Source: Alphaproteobacteria bacterium
GTDB lineage: Bacteria; Pseudomonadota; Alphaproteobacteria; Rickettsiales; UBA998
DNA length: 64,000 nt
Reading direction: 5' to 3'
Assembly (NCBI GenBank): GCA_004293935.1
Contig: RDZH01000016.1
Location: 2,151 to 66,150 of the forward strand
Below are positions 18,928 through 29,310 of the stretch, piece by piece; within the stretch, counting starts at the first letter, position 1, and the number at the start of each line of letters is the position of its first letter. Made by a program: the position numbers and the translations under genes. The notes beneath the pieces were generated by a model. It had not been told where the DNA came from. It searched no databases and saw only the letters and a list, made by a program, of their open reading frames with translations.

Positions 18928-20850
18928 TTAGTTAGCTTTTTTACGCTCATCTACTTCTTCAAAATCAGCATCCAACACTTCACCCTCACCAGCATCCATA
19001 CGATGCTCATCGGGTGTTACTTGCGATCCTGCCGCCTCTTTTTCTTGCTGTGAACGATAAATCGCTTCACCTACCTTCATCAAGGATTCCGTCAATTCTT
19101 GTGAATGTTGCTCAATTTCCTTTTTATCTTCTGATTCCAGTGCTTTTCTCAGACGCTCCATAGAGCCTTCAATCGCAGATTTATCAGAAGAATTAATGAC
19201 AGCACCATGCTCCGCAAGATTCTTTTCTGCCTCATGCACGAGACCTTCAGCTTTATTTTTTGCCTCAATGACATCACGACGCTTCTTATCTTCATCGGCA
19301 TATTGCGCTGCTTCCTTAACCATCTTATCAATTTCAGAATCACTCAAGCCCCCTGAAGCCTGAATGCGGATTTGCTGCTCTTTATTCGTCGCTTTATCTT
19401 TTGCAGATACATTCACCAAGCCATTAGCATCAATATCGAACACCACTTCAACTTGTGGCATCCCACGCGGTGCAGGCGGAATCCCCACCAAATCAAACTG
19501 ACCAAGCAATTTATTATGCATCGCCAATTCACGCTCGCCTTGGAACACACGAATTGTCACGGCTGTTTGGTTATCTTCTGCCGTTGAGAATACTTGCGAT
19601 TTTTTCGTTGGGATGGTGGTATTGCGATCAATCAAGCGCGTAAATACGCCACCCAATGTTTCAATGCCCAGTGAAAGCGGCGTGACATCCAGCAACAACA
19701 CGTCTTTCACATCGCCTTGCAATACTCCTGCTTGAATTGCAGCACCCATCGCCACCACTTCATCAGGATTTACGCCCTTATGTGGCTCACGTCCAAAGAA
19801 ATCTGCGACCATCTGAATCACTTTCGGCATACGGGTCATACCGCCTACCAAAATCACTTCATCAATATCAGATGCTTTCAAACCTGCATCTTTTAATGCT
19901 TTTTTGCATGGCTCCATGGTGCGCTCAAGCAAATCTGCTACCAGACTTTCCAATTTCGCACGCGTAAGTTTCACGTTCAAATGCTTCGGCCCTGTGGCAT
20001 CAGCCGTGATGAATGGAAGGTTGACATCCGTTTGTTGCGTGCTTGATAGCTCAATCTTCGCTTTTTCCGCTGCTTCTTTCAAACGCTGCAAGGCAAGCGG
20101 GTCAGAACGCAAATCGATACCATTCGATTTTTTGAACTCATCTGCCAAGAAATCGATAATACGCATATCGAAATCTTCACCCCCAAGGAACGTATCCCCG
20201 TTGGTTGATTTCACTTCAAATACGCCGTCTCCGATCTCGAGTACGGATACGTCGAACGTACCGCCCCCAAGGTCATACACGGCAATCGTTTTGCCCTCAT
20301 TTTTATCCAAACCATAAGCAAGTGCCGCTGCCGTTGGCTCATTGATGATACGCAGCACTTCTAACCCAGCAATGCGCCCTGCATCTTTGGTTGCTTGACG
20401 TTGCGCATCGTTAAAATAAGCAGGCACGGTAATCACCGCTTGCGTGACTTTTTCACCCAAAAACGATTCTGCCGTTTCTTTCATTTTTTGCAAAATAAAA
20501 GCACTGACTTGGCTTGGGCTGTATTTTTCGCCATCTGCTTCTACCCACGCATCGCCACTATCCGCTTTCACAATTTTGTATGGCACAAGATCAATATCTT
20601 TTTTCACTGCCTCATCATTGAAACCACGCCCAATCAACCGCTTCACCGCAAACAAGGTGTTTTCAGGGTTCGTCACCGCTTGACGCTTCGCAGGATGCCC
20701 CACCAAACGCTCACCATCACCTGAAAATGCCACAATAGAAGGCGTTGTGCGCGCTCCTTCAGAATTCTCAATCACCTTAGCTGCTTTGCCTTCCATAATA
20801 GCAACGCATGAATTGGTTGTCCCAAGGTCAATACCGATTACCTTACCCAT
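18928..20850 (-). CDS. dnaK: Molecular chaperone DnaK (Hsp70)
   Basis: [17 protein letters not shown] and the [10 protein letters not shown] blocks are present. The 640-aa protein has an acidic tail. Confidence 0.98.
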   Translation of the reverse strand: MGKVIGIDLGTTNSCVAIMEGKAAKVIENSEGARTTPSIVAFSGDGERLVGHPAKRQAVTNPENTLFAVKRLIGRGFNDEAVKKDIDLVPYKIVKADSGDAWVEADGEKYSPSQVSAFILQKMKETAESFLGEKVTQAVITVPAYFNDAQRQATKDAGRIAGLEVLRIINEPTAAALAYGLDKNEGKTIAVYDLGGGTFDVSVLEIGDGVFEVKSTNGDTFLGGEDFDMRIIDFLADEFKKSNGIDLRSDPLALQRLKEAAEKAKIELSSTQQTDVNLPFITADATGPKHLNVKLTRAKLESLVADLLERTMEPCKKALKDAGLKASDIDEVILVGGMTRMPKVIQMVADFFGREPHKGVNPDEVVAMGAAIQAGVLQGDVKDVLLLDVTPLSLGIETLGGVFTRLIDRNTTIPTKKSQVFSTAEDNQTAVTIRVFQGERELAMHNKLLGQFDLVGIPPAPRGMPQVEVVFDIDANGLVNVSAKDKATNKEQQIRIQASGGLSDSEIDKMVKEAAQYADEDKKRRDVIEAKNKAEGLVHEAEKNLAEHGAVINSSDKSAIEGSMERLRKALESEDKKEIEQHSQELTESLMKVGEAIYRSQQEKEAAGSQVTPDEHRMDAGEGEVLDADFEEVDERKKAN

Positions 20851-20925
20851 AATTTTTTACTCCATCATTGAATGCTTCATCATTCGTACTTATACGAACG
20901 GGGTGTATTTTTGTTACATACGTGT

Positions 20926-20957
20926 AATTAAGAAAAAGATTTTACTTTTTCAAGTGA
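20926..20957 (-). promoter_or_regulatory. Possible RpoH (sigma32)-type heat-shock promoter of dnaK
   Basis: The minus strand reads CTTGAAA-N-CTTAATT with 18 nt between CTTG and CTTAATT. This is close to the alphaproteobacterial CTTG-N17/18-CYTATNT consensus with one mismatch. Confidence 0.3.
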
Positions 20958-21000
20958 TATATGCAAAAAAAATGTTATTCGCTGCAATCTTTTCGCAAAA

Positions 21001-21128
21001 GATAGCACGTTTCGAGAGGTTGGCTCTTTTTTAAGAGAAACCCTACTGAAAATTCGTGCTATAGTTTATATGTTTATAGCGCGACCTAGCCGATAGGTTC
21101 TTTAGCGAACCTATCGCTACGCGCTATA
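21001..21128. repeat. Family-A bipartite palindromic element, copy A1
   Basis: Module 1 (21001-21064) runs gatagcacgtttcgagaggtt...ttcgtgctatag. Module 2 (21075-21128) is tatagcgcgacctagccgataggttctttagcgaacctatcgctacgcgctata and differs at 1 nt from the copy at 37962-38015. Confidence 0.85.
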
Positions 21129-21249
21129 TCATGTTTATTAGGGCGGTGCAACCCTTCTTTTGGCTGCTGCTTACGGCGTAACAAATTGGCTTTTAATGCA
21201 TTTTTCAACGCAGGCGGGGTATTTTTTTGAGGTAGTTTTTGCATGGTCT

Positions 21250-21900
21250 CTAATCATTCAATAATGTGCGTACTAAGGGCTTGGTGATTTTGCGTTGTGA
21301 TTGCCATGCGGTTGCATCGAGCTGCTCAATCACGCGATGCAATGCCGCAAAAGATCGGGGTATACGCGCCAAGCAATAATCCACCACATCTTCATCCACA
21401 CGTAATTGTTTATCATAAAGTCGTTTCAAAAACAAGGTGCGTAGCATCGTATCATCAGGTTGAGTAAGCCCAATGGGATAGGCTGCACGCATCCGCGAGG
21501 CAAGATCGGGAAGGATATAGGGAACATAACTCGGATGATCACGCATCGTAATAAGCAGATATGCCTCTGCACCTTTAATGCGATTGAACGCATGAAACAT
21601 TGCTTCTTCGCCATCACGATCATGAAGTTCCAGCCCATCCAACAGATAATAACCGCCCTTGCATGGCATCATATCCAGTATATTCGCTTGCACACGCTGC
21701 GCCCATAATTGCGCCAGAAGCGTTTTTCCCGAACCTTCTTCACCATGCAGAATCACCACGGATGCAGGTAAGGAGGCATCTTCAAGCAAGATACGTGTTG
21801 CCATGCGATTCGCATCACCGACCACAACATGCAAAGGCGGATCAGGAAGTGCCAACGGCAACGCCGCTTGCGATGCGCTCTCATCATGCATCCTCGTCAC
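21250..21900 (-). CDS. hdaA: DnaA-related regulatory inactivator HdaA
   Basis: It is a short DnaA-domain-III-like AAA+ protein with Walker A GEEGSGKTLLAQLW and sensor and box VII-like regions, at the ~216-aa size typical of Hda. Confidence 0.7.
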   Translation of the reverse strand: MTRMHDESASQAALPLALPDPPLHVVVGDANRMATRILLEDASLPASVVILHGEEGSGKTLLAQLWAQRVQANILDMMPCKGGYYLLDGLELHDRDGEEAMFHAFNRIKGAEAYLLITMRDHPSYVPYILPDLASRMRAAYPIGLTQPDDTMLRTLFLKRLYDKQLRVDEDVVDYCLARIPRSFAALHRVIEQLDATAWQSQRKITKPLVRTLLND

Positions 21901-21911
21901 TCCAATCTTTA

Positions 21912-22145
21912 CTAGTCGTCATACCCGCGCAGGCGGGTATCCAGAGCAAGCTGTGGTCACTGGATTCCTGCCTACGCAGGAATGACAAAGTGCTATCTAG
22001 CTTTGTTTCCATGATTTATCTTCTCTATTATTCCACCTAGTCGTCATGCCCGCTTAAGAAGGGTATCCAGAGCAAATTGTGGTCACTGGATTCCCGCCCT
22101 AATCAGGAATAACAAGAAGATGGAAAGGGTTATTTATGCACTCAG
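21912..22145. repeat. Two tandem family-B double-hairpin repeats (B2a intact, B2b decayed), 125-bp period
   Basis: Both copies begin ctagtcgtcat (21912 and 22037). B2a has perfect hairpins atacccgc-gcag-gcgggtat and attcctgc-ctac-gcaggaat. B2b has the same frame with broken stems. Confidence 0.8.
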
Positions 22146-22156
22146 GTTTCCCAAAT

Positions 22157-23110
22157 TTATTTAATACGGTAATCTGATGTGATGGTACGTACCGTACCCG
22201 ATTTAGAGCGCATCAAAATCGAATGCGTGGTGATATGGGTGCTAGTACGCTTCACGCCCTGCACCAGCCTTCCATCTGTGACCCCTGTTGCCGAGAAAAT
22301 CACATCCCCCGCCGCTAAATCTTCGGTCGCATACATACGGTTGAGATCTTCTATCCCCATCTGCTTAGCGCGACGTTTTTGTTCCTCCGTTGAAAATACT
22401 AATCGCCCTTGAATCGTACCCCCTAAGCAACGTAATGCTGCCGCTGCAAGCACGCCCTCAGGCGCACCGCCTGTGCCAATATATAAATCAATCCCCGAAT
22501 CAGCTTGCGTTGTATGAATCACCGCAGCCACATCGCCATCGGGAATCAAAATAACGCGCACCCCCAATGATCGTGCTTCCTTGATAAGTGCTTGATGCCG
22601 TGGACGATCAAGAATAGAAATCCCCAACTCCGCCACAGCACATCCTTTATGCTGCGCAACCAAGGTGAGGTTTTCCGTTAGTGTACGATCCAATGATATT
22701 GTTCCTTGCGGATAAAAAGGACCTACCGCAATTTTTTCCATATAGACATCGGGCGCATGAAGAAATTTGCCCTCACCTGCCATTGCCATCACTGAAAGCG
22801 ATCCCGCAGCACCATGCGCACATATCGTGGTGCATTCCAACGGATCAACCGCAATATCTACCGCCGTGCCACTTGGATCACCGACCATCTCGCCAATATA
22901 GAGCATCGGTGCTTCATCGCGTTCACCTTCACCAATAACGATGCGTCCATGCACGGGCATACGTTGCATTTCTGCTCGCATCGCATCTACGGCTGCTGCA
23001 TCCGCCGCGTCACTTTCGCCCTTGCCAATCCAGCGCGATGCTGCCATAGCGGCTGCTTCCGTCACACGGACGACTTCTAATGCGACATAACGATCTAATG
23101 AATGTTCCAT
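22157..23110 (-). CDS. glpX: Class II fructose-1,6-bisphosphatase
   Basis: VTEAAA.A......GKG.K...[24 protein letters not shown] and the MRSKSGT-like C-terminus are present. Confidence 0.93.
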   Translation of the reverse strand: MEHSLDRYVALEVVRVTEAAAMAASRWIGKGESDAADAAAVDAMRAEMQRMPVHGRIVIGEGERDEAPMLYIGEMVGDPSGTAVDIAVDPLECTTICAHGAAGSLSVMAMAGEGKFLHAPDVYMEKIAVGPFYPQGTISLDRTLTENLTLVAQHKGCAVAELGISILDRPRHQALIKEARSLGVRVILIPDGDVAAVIHTTQADSGIDLYIGTGGAPEGVLAAAALRCLGGTIQGRLVFSTEEQKRRAKQMGIEDLNRMYATEDLAAGDVIFSATGVTDGRLVQGVKRTSTHITTHSILMRSKSGTVRTITSDYRIK

Positions 23111-23113
23111 TGC

Positions 23114-24409
23114 CTATTCTTCCTCAATACGGATCATGCACGGAGGCGCGACTACGCTGCTCAATGCCTTAATATCCACTAATGCCGCACGCACCTTTGC
23201 TTCTGTAGTGATATGCGTGGTTAAAATAATCGTTGCTTCCTGATTGGGATGCGTTGCGTGCTGAATGAAACTTGCTACCGATATATCATGATCCGCAAAA
23301 CAACGTGTTAGCTCTGCCAACACCCCCGCCGTATCACGCACCCGTAAACGGACATAATACGCGCTATCAAAAGCATCCAGTGGTACAAGCTGCGCACGCG
23401 CAAGCGTCTGTGCAGACACCATAAACGGCAACATGGTGTGACCTCGTGCAATATCGATCACATCCGCCATCACGGCTGAAGCGGTTGCATCCCTGCCCGC
23501 TCCTCGCCCTTCAATAAACATATCCGCTGCATGAGACGTGAACAAATGCACAGCATTATACACATCCGTAACTTGTGCAATTTTATTTTCTTGTGGCATA
23601 AGAGCAGGATGCACACGCAACTCAATCCCCTCCGGGCGTTGTACAGTAACCGCAAGCAACCGAATACGATAGCCCAATTCATGCGCTGCTAAAATATCAT
23701 CCGCCCCAATGTTCCGTATGCCTTCGCAATGCATCCCTTGAAGATTCGGCACAGTGGAAAACGCTAATGCAGACAAAATGCACAATTTATGGCTCGCATC
23801 CACCCCATCAATATCAAAAGATGGATCAGCTTCTGCATAGCCTAGCGCTTGTGCTTCCGCTAAGACATCAGCAAAATCACGTCCTGTGCGTTCCATCACA
23901 CTGAGGATATAATTGCACGTACCGTTCAAAATGCCAATAATGCGTTCATAACGGTTCGCACTCAATCCTTCCTTGATAAGTTTGATGATCGGAATTCCGC
24001 CCGCTACCGCTGCTTCAAAGGCAAGCATGACGTTGCTTGCTTCGGCAATCTCGCTAAGTTCCGCTCCATGATGTGCAATGAGTGCTTTATTCGCAGTGAC
24101 GACATGTTTTCCTGCCTGCAATGATTGTGTGACAAGCTGGCGCGCTGCACCTTCAGCACCGCCCATCAATTCCACCACCACATCAACGTCGGTACGCTGC
24201 GCCAAAGCAATCGCATCATCGCACCATGCATACGCATCTAAGGACACGCCACGATCACGCGTGCGATCACGTGCGCTCACTGCCGTAATGATAATATCAC
24301 GCCCAGTGCGCTGACGCAGCATAGCAGCATGATGCTGCACGATGGATACCACGCCTGCACCAACAGTACCTATACCTGCGATTGCTAAACGTAACGGTGC
24401 ATGGCTCAT
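23114..24409 (-). CDS. hom: Homoserine dehydrogenase
   Basis: It has an NAD-binding N-terminus (LRLAIAGIGTVG), a catalytic domain (ILNGTCNYIL, EADPSFDIDG.D) and a C-terminal ACT domain. The start at 24409 avoids overlap with the upstream gene. Confidence 0.93.
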   Translation of the reverse strand: MSHAPLRLAIAGIGTVGAGVVSIVQHHAAMLRQRTGRDIIITAVSARDRTRDRGVSLDAYAWCDDAIALAQRTDVDVVVELMGGAEGAARQLVTQSLQAGKHVVTANKALIAHHGAELSEIAEASNVMLAFEAAVAGGIPIIKLIKEGLSANRYERIIGILNGTCNYILSVMERTGRDFADVLAEAQALGYAEADPSFDIDGVDASHKLCILSALAFSTVPNLQGMHCEGIRNIGADDILAAHELGYRIRLLAVTVQRPEGIELRVHPALMPQENKIAQVTDVYNAVHLFTSHAADMFIEGRGAGRDATASAVMADVIDIARGHTMLPFMVSAQTLARAQLVPLDAFDSAYYVRLRVRDTAGVLAELTRCFADHDISVASFIQHATHPNQEATIILTTHITTEAKVRAALVDIKALSSVVAPPCMIRIEEE

Positions 24410-24419
24410 AATTGATCCT

Positions 24420-25646
24420 TTAGGATAGTTTAGCAGCAAGACCATGAAGCACTTCTTCACTATCCATCGCTAAGAATTGCTTGATGTTGCGCACAGCTTG
24501 ACGCAAACGCTGTTTATTTTCCACCAGCGCAATGCGCACATGGCTATCTCCATATTCACCGAACCCAATCCCCGGGGCAACCGCCACTTGTGCATGTTGA
24601 ATCAAGGCCTGCGCAAACGCAAGCGATCCTACTTTGCGGTAGGCTTCGGGAAGTTCAGCCCACACAAACATACTCGCCTCAGGAGATTGCACCTTCCATC
24701 CTGCTTGATGCAAACCATCCACCAGCACATCCCTGCGCTCACGATAGAGTGTGCGTAAATCTTCCACACATTGTTGCGATCCATTAATCGCAGCAGTCGC
24801 TGCCACTTGAATCGGGGTGAATGCACCATAATCTAGGTAGGATTTAATCCGCGTCAATGCACCGACAAGATGGGGATTCCCTGCAGCAAACCCCACGCGC
24901 CATCCTGCCATCGAATAGGTTTTACTCATGGTAGTAAACTCAATCGCAATATCTTTCGCGCCCTTGACTTGCAAAACAGAAGGCGGCGGGGTATCACCAA
25001 AATAAATCTCACCATAGGCAATATCGGAAATCAACCAAATGCCGTGCATGGTGCAAATATCCACGACTTGCTCATAAAATGCTAAATCCACCACTTCCGC
25101 CGTTGGATTGCACGGATAATTGATGATAAGCGCGATAGGCTTCGGCTTGCAATGTTTGATCGCACGATGTAATTGCTCAAAAAACTCAGGACCCGTTGTG
25201 TTGGGAATATGCCACACCGAACCACCAGCGATGATTGAACCATAAGGATGAATCGGATAGCTCGGATTCGGCACCATAATCACATCACCGGGAGCAGTGA
25301 TTGCGGAGAGAAGATTGGCAAGCCCTTCCTTAGAGCCAATGGTCACAATCACCTCTTTATCAGGGCAAAGTTCCACACCAAAACGACGCTGATAATAGCC
25401 TGCTTGCGCACGCCTTAGTCCCTTAATCCCACGTGATACGGAATAACCATCCACTTTCGGTTGCGACAATGTTTCACGCAATTTGTCGACAATATGCGGC
25501 GCAACAGGGCTATCAGGATTCCCCATGCCAAGATCGATAATATCAAGCCCTGCAGCTCGGTCACGTGCTTTTTGTTCGTTCACCACCGCAAATACATAAG
25601 GAGGCAAGCGTTTAATACGATAAAAATCTGAAGAAGGTTGAGTCAT
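24420..25646 (-). CDS. Class I/II PLP-dependent aminotransferase (AlaC/DapL-like)
   Basis: IKRLPPYVF, LGMGNPD, and NP.NPT are present, along with the PLP-lysine block FTTMSKTYSMAGWRVG. Its position upstream of hom is common in Alphaproteobacteria. Confidence 0.8.
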   Translation of the reverse strand: MTQPSSDFYRIKRLPPYVFAVVNEQKARDRAAGLDIIDLGMGNPDSPVAPHIVDKLRETLSQPKVDGYSVSRGIKGLRRAQAGYYQRRFGVELCPDKEVIVTIGSKEGLANLLSAITAPGDVIMVPNPSYPIHPYGSIIAGGSVWHIPNTTGPEFFEQLHRAIKHCKPKPIALIINYPCNPTAEVVDLAFYEQVVDICTMHGIWLISDIAYGEIYFGDTPPPSVLQVKGAKDIAIEFTTMSKTYSMAGWRVGFAAGNPHLVGALTRIKSYLDYGAFTPIQVAATAAINGSQQCVEDLRTLYRERRDVLVDGLHQAGWKVQSPEASMFVWAELPEAYRKVGSLAFAQALIQHAQVAVAPGIGFGEYGDSHVRIALVENKQRLRQAVRNIKQFLAMDSEEVLHGLAAKLS

Positions 25647-25667
25647 AAGAAAAATAATGTGCTAGGT

Positions 25668-26924
25668 TTAATAACGGGAATAATGACGACGCATACGCGC
25701 ATAACGTGATTCTGCCAACACAGGACGTGCGCGCCCCAACTCACGAGGAGTTTTCAATAATATCGGAGACATTGTCTGATTCGCCACGGGCGGTTCTGTT
25801 GTTGTTGGAAGTTCCGCCTCAGGCGCAACTTCTTCGATCATGATGGTATCATCCGTATCATCAACCGTTGGTGCAGCCTCAGGCAAAGAAGATATATCCG
25901 CCACTGCTTGCGATGGCACAGATGCCACCACTTCAGGCTCTTTAGGTGTTTGTTCACGTACAATTTCTTCGATTTTTGGCTCTGCGGACGGCGCAGCTTC
26001 TTGTGCTGCATGTTCCAAATCTTCTATCGTCACATCTTTTTCTACGACGATTTCTTCTTCCTCTGGTATAGATTCAACAACTACAGGAGGCTTAGCTTCC
26101 ACAATAGGAGGCGCAGCCTCTATGACGGGAGGTGTAGCTTCTGCCACAGGAGCTTGCTCCTTCGCAAGGGAAGTAAGCATTTGTTTTTTTGCTAATTGTT
26201 CTTGACGTTGTTGCGCCATCGCCACAGGATCAATCGGCTCAGACGATGTCATCAATGCATCCGATGGGGCGGATTGCTCCATAGTACGTGCAAACATATC
26301 GGCTTTACTTGCCCCTTCATTCACCATTTTTTCGGCATTTTGTGGTCTTGGCGGCACATCACGCAATTCAGGATAGGCAGGTTCTTCTTCTCCCATGGCA
26401 GCCATATCTGGTGCTTTTTGCTCAGTTGGAGTCATTATGGGTGTTGATGCTGCTGGAACATCTGTTGGAACAATCGCATCCGCGCTTGGTGTCGCAGGAG
26501 CAACTGCATCAGGGATGGATGGTTGCGTTGTTGCCGCAAGAGGTGAAGAAGCTACCCCCGCATTTTGCTGCTCATAGTAATATAACGGGGAAGGCTCTAA
26601 TCCACCTTGCGCGCTTTGCATCTCACCCATAGACGCAGGAGAAGAAGGCATGGTCTGCACTCCCATTCCTTGTATCTGCCCCATTCCTTGTATCTGATTC
26701 TGTGCTACAGCCTGTTGCAATCCTTGCTGTGTTGGCACAGTCGCAAGATTATGTGCAGGATTCAACATTGGCGCACGTTTTTGTCCCGCCACATAATTAT
26801 ACCGATCTGGTTGCTTTTCAAAAATCCCCAAACAGCCCGACAACATCAAGGCTGACGTGACCATCATAGCATATGAGGATAGTCGCTTAGAGCGCATTAT
26901 GTTTGCGCGATTCATCATTATCAT
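25668..26924 (-). CDS. Disordered Pro/Ala/Glu/Gln-rich lipoprotein (hypothetical)
   Basis: The lipobox ALMLSGC is present. Low-complexity repeats include QIQGMGQIQGMG and PPVIEAAPPIVEAKPPVVVE, and the C-terminus is basic. The start is ambiguous (26960, 26924 or 26897). Confidence 0.55.
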   Translation of the reverse strand: MIMMNRANIMRSKRLSSYAMMVTSALMLSGCLGIFEKQPDRYNYVAGQKRAPMLNPAHNLATVPTQQGLQQAVAQNQIQGMGQIQGMGVQTMPSSPASMGEMQSAQGGLEPSPLYYYEQQNAGVASSPLAATTQPSIPDAVAPATPSADAIVPTDVPAASTPIMTPTEQKAPDMAAMGEEEPAYPELRDVPPRPQNAEKMVNEGASKADMFARTMEQSAPSDALMTSSEPIDPVAMAQQRQEQLAKKQMLTSLAKEQAPVAEATPPVIEAAPPIVEAKPPVVVESIPEEEEIVVEKDVTIEDLEHAAQEAAPSAEPKIEEIVREQTPKEPEVVASVPSQAVADISSLPEAAPTVDDTDDTIMIEEVAPEAELPTTTEPPVANQTMSPILLKTPRELGRARPVLAESRYARMRRHYSRY

Positions 26925-27119
26925 GCTTTCTCTACCTAAAGAATTACAAAACCAGAACATACATTATATTATGTATATTATGTAGCATTAAATCACCGCA
27001 CAAATCAAGCAGAAGATGTAAAGCATTCTATGGGTAGTATCTGAATGTGAAGAAGTGCTATATATGAATCGCATAACAAACGCTTGCACGAAACATTATT
27101 TACTGATAAATACTAGAGT

Positions 27120-28211
27120 ATGATTACACAAAATGCAGATTTTTTATCCTCCCTTTTTCAGCAAACCTATCTTGTGACGGGCGGAGCGGGTTTTATTGGA
27201 TCAACAGCCGTGGCACAGATGGTTCACGCAGGTGCGCATGTCGTGGTGGTCGATGCCCTCACCTATGCAGGATTCCGCGAAAATCTTGAATGGATTCCCT
27301 CGCATCCACATGGTGGTAGCTATGAGCTTGTGGAAGGATCAATTACGGATGGCGCACTCATCAGCCAGTTGCTGACGCGCCACCGCCCTTGTGCCATCAT
27401 CAATTTTGCTGCTGAATCACATGTGGATAATTCTATTGAATCTCCGTCGCAATTCATGCATACCAACATCATCGGCACCTATACCATGCTGGAAGCAGCA
27501 CGCCATTATTGGAATCATCTTGAAGCGGGCGAAAAAGACGCATTTCGTTTTATCCAAATCTCTACGGATGAGGTCTATGGATCATTAGGCGAAACGGGGA
27601 AGTTCCATGAAGAATATCCTATGCAGCCCAACTCCCCCTACTCCGCTTCTAAAGCAGCAGGGGATCATTTGGCACGCGCATGGTTTCACACTTACGGCTT
27701 GCCAACCATCATCACCAACTGCACCAATAATTATGGTCCGCGCCAATATCCTGAAAAACTCATCCCACTGATGATCCACCATGCGCTCGCTGGGAAAGAT
27801 TTACCCATCTATGGCGATGGGCGCAATATCCGCGATTGGATTCATGTTGAAGATCATTGCATGGGCGTACTTCGCGCATTAACGCTCGGTACAGTCGGTG
27901 AAAGCTACGGCTTCGGAGGCAATGCAGAAAAAACCAATATGGATGTGGTGCATAATATATGCGATCTTCTCGATGAAATACGCCCACGCCCGCAAGGTGG
28001 ATCATACCGTGAACAGATTCGTTTTGTGAAGGATCGCTTGGGGCATGATCGCCGTTATGCCATTGATGATAGCAAAGCGATCCGTGAACTCGGCTTTATG
28101 CGTTCCCATGATTTTGCCCATGGAATCCGCGCTACCATTGCATGGTATTTAGACAATCAAGCATGGTGTGAGAGCGTCACACGCGATGCAGCCCACAAGC
28201 GCGCCGCTTAA
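27120..28211 (+). CDS. rfbB: dTDP-glucose 4,6-dehydratase
   Basis: VTGGAGFIGS, ISTDEVYG, YSASKA and the NNYGP.Q.PEKLIP motifs are present. Confidence 0.95.
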   Translation: MITQNADFLSSLFQQTYLVTGGAGFIGSTAVAQMVHAGAHVVVVDALTYAGFRENLEWIPSHPHGGSYELVEGSITDGALISQLLTRHRPCAIINFAAESHVDNSIESPSQFMHTNIIGTYTMLEAARHYWNHLEAGEKDAFRFIQISTDEVYGSLGETGKFHEEYPMQPNSPYSASKAAGDHLARAWFHTYGLPTIITNCTNNYGPRQYPEKLIPLMIHHALAGKDLPIYGDGRNIRDWIHVEDHCMGVLRALTLGTVGESYGFGGNAEKTNMDVVHNICDLLDEIRPRPQGGSYREQIRFVKDRLGHDRRYAIDDSKAIRELGFMRSHDFAHGIRATIAWYLDNQAWCESVTRDAAHKRAA

Positions 28212-28237
28212 CATTTGGATAAAAAGGAAATGTCGTG

Positions 28238-29140
28238 ATGAAAGGAATTATTCTTGCTGGTGGATCGGGAACACGCCTTGCGCCTCTCACTCGGACGATG
28301 AGTAAGCAATTATTGCCTATTTACGACAAACCAATGATCTATTATCCGCTCTCGACTCTCATGCAAGCGGGCATTCGTGATATTCTTATCATTTCCACCC
28401 CACGCGATATTCCTATGATTCAAGCATTGCTTGGCGATGGTAGCAATCTTGGTATTTCCCTTAGCTATATCGAACAACCAAGCCCCGACGGTATTGCGCA
28501 AGCCTTTATTCTTGGTGCATCCTTTATCGGGTCAGAACCCGTATGTTTGATTCTTGGGGATAATATCTTCTATGGTCACACACTTGCGGAACAAACCATC
28601 AAGGCATCGCAATTAGGCACAGGTGCAACCGTTTTTGCCTATCAAGTGCATGATCCTGAGCGTTATGGTGTGGTGGAATTTGATGCCCACGGCAAGGCAT
28701 TATCCATCGAAGAAAAACCGACACACCCCCGTTCTTCATGGGCGGTGACAGGCTTATATTTCTATGATAATGATGTGATTGAGATTGCTAAATCCCTCAC
28801 GCCTTCGGCACGTGGTGAATTAGAAATCACCGATGTCAATAAAGCCTATATGGCGCAAGGATCATTAACCGTAGAGCTACTCGGGCGTGGTGTCGCATGG
28901 TTGGATACGGGAACTTTTGCTTCCTTGCTTGCAGCGGGGCAATTTGTCCATACGATTGAACAACGGCAGGGGCAAAAAATTGCCTGCATCGAAGAAATTG
29001 CCTACTTAAAAGGCTTCATCACAAAAGAGCAATTATTGACACTTGCAGAACAAACAGGGCAAGCGCGCAACCCAAGCAGTGGCACGTATGGCAGCTATCT
29101 CTATATGATCGCTGAAGATAATCAACCGCGTGGTCTATAG
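28238..29140 (+). CDS. rfbA: Glucose-1-phosphate thymidylyltransferase
   Basis: [16 protein letters not shown]...[18 protein letters not shown] and the [14 protein letters not shown] and GRG.AWLDTGT blocks are present. Confidence 0.96.
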   Translation: MKGIILAGGSGTRLAPLTRTMSKQLLPIYDKPMIYYPLSTLMQAGIRDILIISTPRDIPMIQALLGDGSNLGISLSYIEQPSPDGIAQAFILGASFIGSEPVCLILGDNIFYGHTLAEQTIKASQLGTGATVFAYQVHDPERYGVVEFDAHGKALSIEEKPTHPRSSWAVTGLYFYDNDVIEIAKSLTPSARGELEITDVNKAYMAQGSLTVELLGRGVAWLDTGTFASLLAAGQFVHTIEQRQGQKIACIEEIAYLKGFITKEQLLTLAEQTGQARNPSSGTYGSYLYMIAEDNQPRGL

Positions 29141-29192
29141 TGCTTTCATTATATAATTACCGATCAATCGGCAATTATATAATGGCAAATCT

Positions 29193-29214
29193 GCTCCCCC
29201 GCGTGCGGGGGAGC
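29193..29214. terminator. GC-rich perfect palindrome between convergent rfbA and ahpD (possible bidirectional terminator)
   Basis: gctcccccgc-gt-gcgggggagc, preceded by an 18-bp AT-rich inverted repeat (29146-29183). There is no clear U-run. Confidence 0.4.
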
Positions 29215-29310
29215 CAGTGAAGCAAGAATGTCTCAAAAGAAATCCGATGCTGAACCGTGGGGGCATTCTATTCACCCCCACCCAATCATATCTCATGAGG
29301 GGTGGCGAGG

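Noticed and set aside
19904-20317. A 137-aa plus-strand ORF, with several 60-110-aa ORFs, inside dnaK.
   Set aside because: They are antisense or out of frame relative to the unmistakable DnaK frame, with no independent support.
21600-22040. ORFs of 146 and 108 aa on the plus strand spanning hdaA antisense and the intergenic repeats (containing VVIPAQAGIQ...CLRRNDK).
   Set aside because: The 5' parts are antisense to hdaA and the 3' parts are translations of the family-B hairpin repeats. This is a classic repeat-derived pseudo-ORF.
25840-26632. Several 80-120-aa plus-strand ORFs within 25840-26632.
   Set aside because: They are antisense or out of frame within the low-complexity lipoprotein gene. 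Biased composition keeps alternative frames open.
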